From Heptranchias perlo (taxonomy: Eukaryota), in the NCBI RefSeq assembly GCF_035084215.1, contig NW_027139729.1, forward strand, positions 2,790,001 to 2,854,000: a DNA stretch of 64,000 nt, read 5' to 3'. This document shows, in pieces, positions 51,501-64,000 of the stretch (the stretch's first letter is position 1; every line of letters starts with the position of its first letter). Position numbers and translations under genes: made by a program. Below the pieces are notes generated by a model. The model saw only the letters and a list, made by a program, of their open reading frames with translations. It was not told the DNA's origin and made no database searches.

Positions 51501-52930
51501 TGCAGATACAGAATAAATCCTACACTCACACTCAGTACAGAGACTGACAGATACAGAATGAATCTCACACTCACACACTGTACCAGAGACCTGCAGATAC
51601 AGAATGAATCCCACACTCACACACAGTACAGAGACTGACAGATACAGAACGAATCCCACACTCACACACAGTACCAGAGACTGACAGATACAGAATGAAT
51701 CCCACCCTCACAGACTGTACTGGAGACTACAGATACAGAATGAATGTCACAATCACATCACTGCAGGCTGAGTTACACTTTATAGACCAGTCCAAAGATC
51801 TCATAGTGTCAGATTGAAAGATATAGTATAAATTCTATTGGTGCAGACTGAGCGACATGTTAGATATATTGGTCAATACTCAGTATTATACTGAAATAAG
51901 CATAATCCATACCATTGGTACAGACTGAGCTATACATTACATACGAGTCCAAAAATCATAAATGATCAGACTGGAAGATATAATTTAAATTCTATTCACA
52001 CCGCCTGAGCTCAACATTATATATCAGTCCAACAATCTCATACAATATTAGACTGAAAGATACAGAATCGATTCAATTAGTGCAGACTGAGCCACACATT
52101 ATATAGCAGTCCAAGAATCTCATACCCTATCAGACTCAAAGATACAATATCAATTCCATTAGCACAGACTGATCTGTATGTTACTCACCAGTCCAAAAAT
52201 CTCATACAGTATCACAATGAAAGATTCAGTATTAATTCCATTCGTGCAGACTGAGCTATACATTGCATTCAAGTCCAAAAATGTAATACAGTATCAGACT
52301 GATAGATACAGTATCAATTCATTTCGTGCAGGATGAGCTACATATTACCTACCAGTCCAAAAATTCTCATACAGTGTTAGACTCAGATACAGAATTAATC
52401 CCATTATTGCAGACTGAACTATACATTACATACTCGTCCAGTAATTTCATTGTGAACAGATTGAAAGGTATATTATCGTTCACAATAGAGTTCAGAGATT
52501 AAGATGTAATACTACTCCAAAACTCACACACGTCGTTTGTTTAAAGAAAATCAAAAAGTGTATCCATATTTACAAATTAAATGCTCGATGAAGAACTGTA
52601 TATACTTTAAAGTGTTAAAGATACAGTTTCAATGCAATATTGTAAACTGAAATAAGAATACAGAATGAATCCAGACTTGCACATTGTCTCAGAGACTGAA
52701 TTACAGAACAAATCCCACACTGAGATAAAGTAGCAGAGAATGGCAGATACAGAATGTATCCCACACACACAGACAGTACCAGAGACTGACAGGTACGGAA
52801 TAAACGCAACACTTATACATAGTACCTGGAGACTGACAGATACAGAATAAACCCCACTCTCGTACACAGTACCAGAGATACAGATACAGAATAAATCCCA
52901 GTCTCATATACAGTACCAGAGACTGACCTC
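48540..52930. repeat. Inverted satellite-like array with ~1.2-kb higher-order repeats
   Basis: ACAGATACAGAATGAATCCCACACTCACA units; landmark GTAATACTACTCCAAAACTCACACA at ~50020, 51220, 52507. Confidence 0.9.
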
Positions 52931-53542
52931 TGCTGGCGGTAAGCGACAACTGTAATGAGGGAACAAATTCACATTATCTGTCATGGTGACAGAAACAGGA
53001 CAATGTGCAATGTGAGGGAAGTTTCTGTCTGTAACGTTTACTCTCGTATTTTTGCACTTTTTGACGATGAAAAATGACGACAATTGATTCATAATAAAGT
53101 TTTTGTTTCACTCATTCCATAGTTGTGAATTTGCCCCATTATATTTCACTGTACATTGCGCAGTATTTCTCTCTGATTTCTCAGGATGATTTACATTGCT
53201 CCTCTACCCCATTCAGACTCTTATTTTGCAAGCAGTGTGTGGCCTCCTTATTCCCCTTAGCGAAATGCCCCACCTCACACCTTTCGATATTGAAATTCAA
53301 TGGCCATTTACACGGCCGTTCTGCAAGTTTATTTTGTCCCAGTCTTCCTCAGTATCGACTATATTTCCTCAATCAATTACCAGAATTTAACACAGCATTA
53401 CAACTAATGTTTGGTCTAACAAAATGTACTTGCAGCTCGTCTCCATTCCGAGTTTTTCTAAATCCCACCCGTGCAATATAATGTGAAGAATGAGTTTATC
53501 TTCTGTCCCTCTCTCATCTGTAAACTTCAATGACCCGGGGTT

Positions 53543-53576
53543 TGGGGACATCTACTGGCCGGAAGCAGAACTGCAA
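53543..53576 (-). promoter_or_regulatory. Putative CTCF site with upstream module
   Basis: Reverse reads TTGCAGTTCTGCTTCCGGCCAGTAGATGTCCCCA. Confidence 0.55.
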
Positions 53577-53837
53577 CAGTTCGGAACAAATTGCAGAAAC
53601 CGGACAATGTGCAGTGTGAGCGTGTTTGTGATTGGTGGCAGGTATTAAATCCGATTGGATATCTGAAGAAACCAATCAGAGAGTGAAAGGAAAAGGTGAC
53701 GTTGCATCACTCCCAATGACCCAATCACAATCATTGCCTTCCCCCATCCCTCATTACCATAGGGCTGTGGGGCTGCCCATTTAATCCGAGCTCGGAGCGG
53801 ATTTGAGTCATTTCTGGGTCTGAGATTGAGTTTGAAA

Positions 53838-54212
53838 ATGCCTGAGGACAAGAAAGCAGCTCCCAAGAAGGGCGCCAAGAAAACCTTGAGTAAAGCACCA
53901 GCCAAGGGCGGCAAGAAGCGGAGAAAGTCGAGGAAGGAGAGTTACTCCATCTACGTCTACAAAGTGATGAAGCAGGTTCACCCCGACACCGGCATCTCCT
54001 CCAAGGCCATGAGCATCATGAACTCCTTTGTGAACGATATTTTCGAGCGCATCGCGGGTGAAGCTTCCCGCCTGGCCCATTATAATAAACGGCGCACCAT
54101 CAGCTCCCGGGAGATCCAGACCGCCGTGCGCCTGCTGCTGCCCGGGGAACTGGCCAAGCACGCCGTGTCGGAAGGGACAAAGGCGGTGACCAAGTACACC
54201 AGCTCCAAGTAA
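53838..54212 (+). CDS. H2B: Histone H2B, replication-dependent (124 aa)
   Basis: MPEDKK...[11 protein letters not shown]...KYTSSK; CCAAT boxes upstream; stem-loop downstream. Confidence 0.98.
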   Translation: MPEDKKAAPKKGAKKTLSKAPAKGGKKRRKSRKESYSIYVYKVMKQVHPDTGISSKAMSIMNSFVNDIFERIAGEASRLAHYNKRRTISSREIQTAVRLLLPGELAKHAVSEGTKAVTKYTSSK

Positions 54213-54240
54213 AACTCCACAATGTACTGAAAAAAACAAC

Positions 54241-54256
54241 GGCTCTTTTAAGAGCC
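54241..54256 (+). other. Histone 3' stem-loop (H2B)
   Basis: GGCTCT-TTTA-AGAGCC-ACCCA. Confidence 0.95.
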
Positions 54257-54951
54257 ACCCACAACCTCTCTGAGGGAGATGCATTTCCTAAATTATTCGG
54301 ATTATTTTAATACTGTAATATTATTCCAATCTTATAATGAAGTGATACTGTAACTGCCCCGTTGAAATCCCTGACCCATAAACTGATCCGCTCCTTCCCC
54401 TTTGCTTCGCTCTTAAAGCGTTACTATTCTGTCCTCTCCCACTCCCTTCGTGTTTCATTTAACTAAGAATCCAATCTCCGAATGTTTCCTCGCTGATGTG
54501 AAAATCCTCATATTAACAGCAACCCACCCCTTGCAGAAACACAGCGGAATAGGGGCAGAATGAGAGCTCCGGCCGGGTCCGTCTTTTCACAGACTTTTAT
54601 AAAGACTAAATTGAAATGTGTCCCTTCGCGGAATGCTGTGAATGGGATATTTGTCCCGAACCATACAGTTTGAAAGCGATGATAGAATGAGCTATAATTT
54701 AAAGCAGATTTTAAACAGCGCCAGCGATTGGTGACGGGTAGCGCTGAATATGACAAGATAAAAAGAACGGGTTTAAAATCTTGTGCTCAGGGCGACATTG
54801 ATCGAAATCCGGTCCTTTACTACACTGAAATTGGCGGGCTTTTTGAAATTCATCAAATTCCTGGTCTGACCGTTGAGGCCGGTAAATCCCGCCCTCTTCT
54901 GATTCCCAGCAATCTGATTGGTTAATGAAATAGGCAAATGAGGTGTATTAA

Positions 54952-55434
<483 letters not shown>

Positions 55435-55464
55435 AGCGGCCAAGATTTAATCTGATAACCCAAA

Positions 55465-55480
55465 GGCTCTTTTCAGAGCC
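55465..55480 (+). other. Histone 3' stem-loop (H2A)
   Basis: GGCTCT-TTTC-AGAGCC-ACCCA. Confidence 0.95.
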
Positions 55481-55586
55481 ACCCACTGTATTTATGAAAG
55501 GGCTGGTTACTGTCAGTCAAAGGACTTGATTCCGATTCGCGAAACTAACAATAACTTGTTAAACACAAATGATCCATATCGGTCTG

Positions 55587-55621
55587 TTGCAGTACTCGCT
55601 TCCGGACCGCAGATGTCGCCA
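55587..55621 (+). promoter_or_regulatory. Putative CTCF site with upstream module
   Basis: TTGCAGTACTCGCTTCCGGACCGCAGATGTCGCCA. Confidence 0.5.
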
Positions 55622-56009
55622 ACCTCCAATAGATTGAAATTCGCAGTTTGTCTGGTGAATGAGACAAAATACCGGAACCGTCAGAATTGTTAACTGGGTG
55701 GGTGGGATGCAGAAATACCAGGGACGCTTGTTATTATTTACCGTCCCATCCTCGGACAAGTCTGCCTCGGTTTGTTATTTTACCCAGATGTATACAACAG
55801 ATGCTGAATGATCAGTTGTTTATTGTGTCAGCGATTACTGAATAAAGAATGTGTGAAATTTGTGTTTGGATGTGAGTGAGGTATTTATTCTGTCCCTGCC
55901 CGTCTGATATCTGCTCCCTCCCGTTTGTACATTTCCCGTTTAAGCAAATTTCTCAAGGACATGCCATTTCAACCCAGGAGATCACAGCTCTTTCCATCGC
56001 CGATTTGGT

Positions 56010-56025
56010 GGCTCTGAAAAGAGCC
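56010..56025 (-). other. Histone 3' stem-loop (H3)
   Basis: Reverse GGCTCT-TTTC-AGAGCC; HDE-like GAAAGAGCTG downstream. Confidence 0.95.
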
Positions 56026-56058
56026 CTTGTTGCACTTGGTGCTGAAGCCGGGTCGGGT

Positions 56059-56598
<540 letters not shown>

Positions 56599-57315
56599 TC
56601 AGGGAGGGACTGTGATTCGCAGGTTTGAACCGAGCTCCAAGTCAGACCGAAACGGCGGGAGATATTGGGCCCCAATTGGCTGAGCTGAAATTAATCTTCA
56701 ATTTCAAAAAGCCCGCCAATTTCAGAGCATCAAATAACAGTTTCAAGAAAATCTCATTTCCCTCCAGCAATTTAAGAATCTCTCTCTTTATAATCTCCAT
56801 TATTTCCCACTCCTCAGCTCAAATCTCAGGCTGTTTCACATTCCGGTTCATTCTCTGATCTGTCTGTAAACGGGCGGGAATAAAGCCCCGGTCATTGCTT
56901 TCCGTAACGGGACAAAGTCCAGCTTCAATTTCAAAAATCCCGTCAGTTCCGGCCCGGTGAACCGCTCCTCAAACAGAAACTTCACATCGAACTGATAATT
57001 GAATGAGGGCAGGAAATAAAGACCGAGCAGAGAGGACACAGCGGGAGAGGGAGTGAGGAGGGATTTTACTCTGAGCGGAGAATGTAATGTCTGGGGAAAG
57101 ACTCTGTATCACCGCCTGTTCATTTATACCGTGAAACCTGGAATTCCGCTCCTTCTCTCGGGATGGCCGAGAACCCGGGCCGTTGTTTCTGATCTCCCTG
57201 TACCGAGTTTTGGGGAATCTCCCTATACTAATTAAATATCGGAAACTGCTTCCTCACCCCGAGATCTTTCCTCTCCCCGTTCCCAGGTCAGTGCTCTCTC
57301 TGTGAGGCGGTGGGC

Positions 57316-57331
57316 GGCTCTTAGAAGAGCC
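57316..57331 (-). other. Histone 3' stem-loop (H4)
   Basis: Reverse GGCTCT-TCTA-AGAGCC followed by GCCCA. Confidence 0.92.
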
Positions 57332-57363
57332 TTTGTTTTGTGGGTTTGAAAGGGTCGAGTTGT

Positions 57364-57684
<321 letters not shown>

Positions 57685-58535
57685 TCATTCAAATCGCTGC
57701 TGAATGAATCACAAACTTATGCTGCTTCCGTTTTTATGCAGCCTGCCCCGACCTGACTGAAACAGACACAGGGTGAGAGAGGGACTGGAGGAGACAGAAT
57801 GAGATATTAAACAGGGAGGGGAGGAGACAGAGTGAGATATTGAACAGGGAGGGGAGGAGAGAATCAGAGTGACGGACAGAGCGGAGAGCGGCCTCTGATC
57901 TTCCAGCTCCACCTCCAGCTTTCTCCACCCGCCAATTTCAAACCGTTTATCGATAATAGAACCGAAACACAGCGCTCCGCACAAACCCTTACAGACTCGG
58001 GCTTCATATTCAAGGATTCCCAGAAACCCGGAGCTTTTAAATAAGCCCCGTTACAATTAACAGTCAGTAATATTCCTGCCTAAATACAGTCCTTTCTATA
58101 ACAAGTCAACCCGCCTCCTTCCATTTCAGTCCCAGACCCGATTCGATCTCCCCACACATCCCCTCCCAGACGGGTTCAGCAGTTTACAAACACTTTATTC
58201 CAGCTGATTTGGAGAATCTCATGTGTTGGGGTTTGAATTGTGATAGCGGCGGATCTCCGCCAGTTTTACCCTGTCACGGACTCTCGCCCTGAATCTGTGA
58301 GAAAAAATGAACTGGGACTGGAGCCGAACACACGCCAGTTCCAGTGAGGCCTGGCCCGGACATCCCATTCTCTCTATTTTATTTCAGACAGTGGGGGTGG
58401 GGCGGGGATAGCGAATATCAGCGAGTCACCAGGACCCTGGGTTTATTTGAAATGATTTCTATCTGAAATCTGAGCCCGGCCCCGGGACAGGAATCATCTG
58501 ATTCCGGGATCAGCTCTTTTCTGAGAGACGTGGGT

Positions 58536-58551
58536 GGCTCTGAGAAGAGCC
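58536..58551 (-). other. Histone 3' stem-loop (H1) with U7-binding HDE at 58511-58520
   Basis: Reverse GGCTCT-TCTC-AGAGCC-ACCCA then AAAAGAGCTG. Confidence 0.95.
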
Positions 58552-58588
58552 GTTGGGTTCAGATGGTCACAAGTTGCACTTGATTTTT

Positions 58589-59206
58589 TTACTTCTTTTT
58601 GCCCGCTGCTTTCTTAGGCTTTGCTGACTTCGGCTTGGGCTTGACCCTCGGTTTTTCCACCTTCTTCGCCTTCGCCTTCACTGTCTTGGGGGTCTTGGGC
58701 TTCTTCGCCGCCGCTTTCTTCTTAATTGGTGATTTCGCCGCCTTTTTCGTGGTCGATTTCTTGACCGCTGGTTTCTTGGCCGTTAATTTCTTGCCGGCTG
58801 TTTTTTTGGCCGCTGGTTTCTTTCCGGGAGATTTCTTGGTCACTTGTTTCTTCACCTTCTTTACCACTTTTGCCTGGGTTTCCTTCTTAGCGACTCTGAA
58901 GGAGCCCGAGGCGCCCGTGCCCTTGATCTGCACCAGGGAGCCTTTTTCCACATTTCTCTTGATACTTAATTTGATCTGGGACCGGAGCTTCTCCACATCC
59001 AGGCCTTTGGTAGCCAGAACCTTCTTTATCGCGGCCAGGGATATCCCCTTGCGATCCTTGCAATCCGCCACAATCTTGAGGATCTGTTCTCCCAACGGGG
59101 GGCCGGTGGTCTTGGGTCTGGGAACCGCCTTCTTCTTCTTGGGAGCCTTGGGTGGAGCGGCGGCGGCGGCAGGAGGTGCCGTTTCGGCGGCTGCAGTGTC
59201 TGTCAT
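58589..59206 (-). CDS. H1: Linker histone H1 (205 aa)
   Basis: MTDTAAAETAPP; globular domain with GISLAAIKK and KGTGASGSF; Lys/Ala/Pro-rich tail. Confidence 0.97.
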   Translation of the reverse strand: MTDTAAAETAPPAAAAAPPKAPKKKKAVPRPKTTGPPLGEQILKIVADCKDRKGISLAAIKKVLATKGLDVEKLRSQIKLSIKRNVEKGSLVQIKGTGASGSFRVAKKETQAKVVKKVKKQVTKKSPGKKPAAKKTAGKKLTAKKPAVKKSTTKKAAKSPIKKKAAAKKPKTPKTVKAKAKKVEKPRVKPKPKSAKPKKAAGKKK

Positions 59207-60499
59207 GTCCGGGACTCTGTCGAAAATCTCTCTGACAGTCAGAGCTGGGTCAGAAATGAAACGAGAGGCGGCGGCACAGAGCAACTTAAAGGCACAGAGC
59301 GGACGGGGCGGAGACATCCTGCTGTCAGCTCCCGGCCCCTCCAGCCTCTCTGTGTTTCTCTCTCCTCTTAAACTCCCCGATTCCAATTCAAATCGGGCAC
59401 TCCAGAGCCCCAGACTAGCCCCTTCCCATCTCTAACACCGGTATGTTTGCTGTTGAAAAACTTTCACCGGAATTAAAAGCACCAGTTTCGATTTAAACCC
59501 GTTTCATTGCTGCACTGATCGCGCTCTCTCACCCGATCGCTGACATGATCTCCGTTTTTCGGCTGAAATCTTGAATTGATCTGAAACTTTACCTTAAATT
59601 TCCACTTCGGAGCTCGGCAGTGGAGGAGGGTTATCCTTTGACAGGGATTTTTTAAAATTTTACTCAAAAGGGACTCGGAAATCCGGCGATGAGACCGGCC
59701 ACACAAACACAGTGACATTAATCTAACCCGCCTGCCCCTTCAACACACTCTCTCTGACACAATGTTCACATCTTCACATTCACAGGACAAACTGTTCGCC
59801 AGATTGACAATTCCCGGGACAGGCTTTCCTCCCCGCTCGGCCTGTGCTGCAGATTCTCGGGGGTTAGTTGTCGTTTCCCAGCTCAGTAACTGTTAAACAC
59901 TCTGAGGCCGGCGCTCCTCACAGTGTCTGGTCCCCAGTTTCAGGGACAGGAGACAATCACAGCTGTGGATGTGATAATCCAGATCTGGTTTTACATGATT
60001 ATATTATTCACACTCAGCAATATGTTTGGTTGAGACGATAATACAAATTATCCGCTCTGGGCTCCTCCAGTCTCTCTGTCTTTCTCTCCCTCCTCCTAAA
60101 CTGACTGACAGACAAAAGTAACTGGTGTCCTATCCGTCCCATTCTCAACACCCAGAGACGGCCAGTTACTGAATAAATTCAACATTCACAGGCAGTCCAG
60201 TGTCAGACAGTTACAGGCTGTTTCTCTCCAACTTTCCTTACTCGACTGGAGACTGATAAATGAACCGTCAGACCGGCTCACACACAATAGAAGGGACAGT
60301 GACCGTCTCACTAACAGCACCGGAGGTCTGTTCACAGACACAGAATCAGTCTTTACCTTCCAACAGGGTGTTCATATTACGCTCAATAACACTATCCCGC
60401 TTTCATGTACAGCGCTAGAGATAGAGAAATACAGACGGACAGATAAAGAGACAGACAGAGACAGGCACACAGACAAAGTATCATTCTCACACTTCCTCT

Positions 60500-63400
60500 C
60501 AGTGTGTCCGTTTCACACTCAGCAAACAGTAACCCACCTTCGTGTGCAGCGCCAGAGAGATACAGACAGGCAGAGTATCAGCCATACGCTTCCCATCAGT
60601 GTCTCTGTATCACGCTCAGCAGCAGTATTCCACCTTCATATGTTGTACAAAAGAGAGAGAGAAACTGACCTGCAATGTCCCGTTTTCACGCAGTAACAAA
60701 TTGGAAAATTCTCCATTCCAATTGCCATTCCAAGCTGGAGTGACAGAAGATGCAGTCTCATCTCTCACTGATATTATTTCAGAGACAAACACATTATGAA
60801 TCCCACTCTCAGGGACATTTAACCCTCTCTTGCATGTTGTACCCTCTGCAATTTTGCAGCTCAGGGCCCTTCTGCATTTCTCTCAGTGACCGAGAGTTTC
60901 ACTCCGATTGAAATAAACTGGGACTGTTGCCGTCAGATATTAATCCTACACGGTTCCAGCAAATACACCGACTCCCACTTTCCTCCCATGTTTCTTCAGG
61001 ATTGGTTCGAGGAATCCGGCCTCCAGATACGGAGTCACAAGTTTCTTTATCAGTAAAGGGACCAAGAATGAACAGAACCAATTGGCTCATTTCACAGCCG
61101 CCCACTTTATCTCTGAAAGACTATTTTCCATGAAAAGATTCCGAGAGAAACAGCAGGGATGGAAACATCTAGTTTAATAGTTAGAGATTGTAAAGTCAGT
61201 CTGGATTCCAGCGTTAGGCACTGGTGGAATCCCATCTGTTTTCCATTCTGGTAAGGATGTGGGGAGTTATACAAAGAGCGTCTATTGCAGGCATCAGGTG
61301 AGAAGTGTGAAGGTCTCAATTCAAACAGCGGTTGTTTGCTTTCATTTGAACGGTTTGTCCCATGGGAGAGGAGATGAGAAACCTGACCCGTGCAAAGGTC
61401 CCTGCCCCATCGGGTAGTCCCATTCATTGATCAGTGGAGGGGTTGGGTTGTGTCTGGATGTCACTAAATTGTTTTAAAATCGCCCAACACACCTGGTGTG
61501 CAGAAGCTGAGTGCTGCAGTGGAGTCAGACAATGACACCGTTTGTATCACTGGTTTTCATTTGTGGATATTCAAAATAATTATTAACAGAGATATTTAAC
61601 TGATCACTTCTGTATTTTCGACCTCACCTGTTCTTGAGTTACAAGATATATGTTTCTTTCCACAGCCAAACCCTTGAAGGATCCAGAATGAAAGTGAAGT
61701 TTCCTCCATCCGAGGCAAAGGAACAGTGCAGCCAGCTCCTTCTCACACACAGTAAGTACATTATCACTCACAGAGCACGGAGTCACAGACAGGTCATCAG
61801 CTCCACAGTCTCAGACAGCAGAAGTATTCAGTCCCACACTGATCCCAAGTTCCAGAGACACATTTTCAATCCAACAGTCAAACAGAGCAGGTGAGGCAGA
61901 CGCTGTTCCATTTCCCCCTCACTCAGTCCCGCTGACAGGGAGATACAAAAATCCCAGTCCAAAGTCATGCTTTCAGATTGTCAATTTCAATAAAGGACAA
62001 CTTTAGCCATGAATTAAATCCCAGATACCCCAAGATTCCAATAGTATGCGAGCCCAAAACTCTCTCACACACACACGTGAGTTTAATACATGAAGTATCC
62101 ATTCGAATTGTGCACCATTCGAATACAAATTGCAAGTCCAAAACTCATGTACAGTATCAGATTGAGAAATGCTGTGACAGTGTAACCTGAGAAACACATT
62201 AGATACCAGTTTATAATAAACTCATAGTATGAGATTTAAAGATAAAGTATCAATTCTGTGAGCACACATTACACACGAGTCCAAAAATCTTATAATAAAA
62301 CTTAAAGATGCAGTATCAATTCCTTCAGTGCAGACTGATCTACACATTATATACCAATTCAAAAATGTCACCATATCAGGTTGAAAGATATATTATCATT
62401 CACAACAATACTGACAGAGATACAGATTTAATAGTAGTCCAAAATCATACAAATTATCTGATTGAAACCTCCAGCATCAAATCCTAAAGTGTATCCATAT
62501 TTACCAATTAAATAATGAGAAAAACTACTTTAACATTAAGATATTAAAGCTACAGTATTGAATACCATAATGTAATCGGAGAGAATAATTATGGACAGAT
62601 ACAGAATGAATCTCACACTCAGATACAGTACAGAGACACACAAACACAGAATGAATCTCACACTCATATACTGTAGCAGAGACTGACAGATGCAGAAGGA
62701 ATCCCAAGCACACATACAGTACTAGAGGTTGCCAGACACAGAGTGAATCCCACACTCAAGTATGGAACCAGAGATGACAGAAACAGAATGAATCCCAAAC
62801 GGGCTGACAGTACCAAGGACTGACAGATACTGAGTTCATCCCACACTCACATACAATACCAAGGACTGACAGATATGAGTTCATCCCATACTCTCATAAA
62901 GCACCAGAGACTGACAGATGCAGAAAGAATCCAACACTCACATACAGTACCAGAGACTGACCAATACAGAATTAATCCCTCACTCACAACCAGTACCAGA
63001 TGCTGACAGATACAGAATGAATCCCACAGTCACAAAGAGAATCAGGAACTGACAGTCACAGAATGAATCTCACAATCACACTACTGCAGACTGAGTTACA
63101 TTTTACATACCAGTTCAAAGATATCATCGTGTCAGATTGAAAGATATCGTATAAATTCCATTAGTGCAGTCTGAGCTACATATTAGATATATTAGTAAAT
63201 ACTCAGAGAGTATTATACTGAAATAAACATTATCAATACCATTGTTTCAGACTGAGCTACACATTACATACGAGTCCAAAATCCTCATAAATGATCAGAC
63301 TGGAAGATACTGTATCAATTCTTTTAGCACTGCCTGACCTGTACATTACATACCAGACTGAAAATCCCGTACAATATTAGACTGAAAGATACATTATCAA

Positions 63401-64000
63401 TTCCATCAGTGCAGACTGAGCCACACATAATATAGCAGTCCAAGCATCTCATACCCGATCAGACTCAAAGATACAATATCAATTCCATAGCACGTACTGA
63501 GCTCCATGTTACTCACCAGTCCAAAAATCACAGAGAATATCAGATCGAAAGATTCAGTATCACTTCCATTATTGAAGACTGAGCTACACATCTCATTCCA
63601 GTCCAAAAATCTCACAGAGTCAGACTGATAGATACAGTATTAATTCCTTTAGTGCAGGCTGAGCTACATATTACATACCAGTGCATAAATCTCATACAAT
63701 GACAGATTGAGATACAGAATTAATCCCATTATTGCAGACTGAGCTAAACATTACATCCCAATCCAATAATTTCACTGTGAACAGATTGAAAGGTACATAA
63801 TCTCTTAACTCTATTGTGAATGATAAAAATGTAATACTAATCCAAAGCTCACACATGTTTGATTAAAGAAAATCGAAAAGTTATCTATATTTACAAATTA
63901 AACACGAGATGAAGAACTGTATATAAATTAAAGTATTAAAGATACAGTTTCAAATTCGATACTGCAAACTGAAATAAGAATACAGAATGAATTCAGACTT
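60500..64000. repeat. Third copy of the cassette plus satellite array, with the CpG promoter deleted
   Basis: Colinear with 45850-50190; junction TTCCATTCTGGT|AAGGATGTGG at ~61252 skips ~46985-47625. Confidence 0.88.

Noticed and set aside
58599-59435. 278-aa Phe/Ala-rich ORF and other antisense ORFs over histone genes
   Set aside because: Antisense shadows of biased histone codons

Overview
Repeat-rich vertebrate genomic DNA, almost certainly from a cartilaginous fish (shark-type CR1, L2, Tx1 and Penelope elements, KRAB-less C2H2 zinc-finger genes, GPR139-like receptor). Genes: two paralogous C2H2 zinc-finger loci inside a ~5 kb segmental duplication (1-5570 and ~31414-36070), each copy also carrying a CpG island and a Tectonic-like Cys-rich exon; an intact two-exon GPR139-like GPCR; a complete replication-dependent histone quintet H2B(+) H2A(+) H3(-) H4(-) H1(-), all with 3' stem-loops; an orphan divergent H2A without a stem-loop; and a tRNA-Gly-derived gene with an altered anticodon. 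A promoter-plus-satellite cassette occurs three times, two copies inverted. The most notable signal is a Penelope-like element family: one 5'-truncated GIY-YIG copy plus several very short, TSD-flanked, fold-back insertions carrying minimal hammerhead ribozyme motifs on both strands, with empty paralogous sites inside the window. All calls were made by eye, without database searches; repeat boundaries are approximate.
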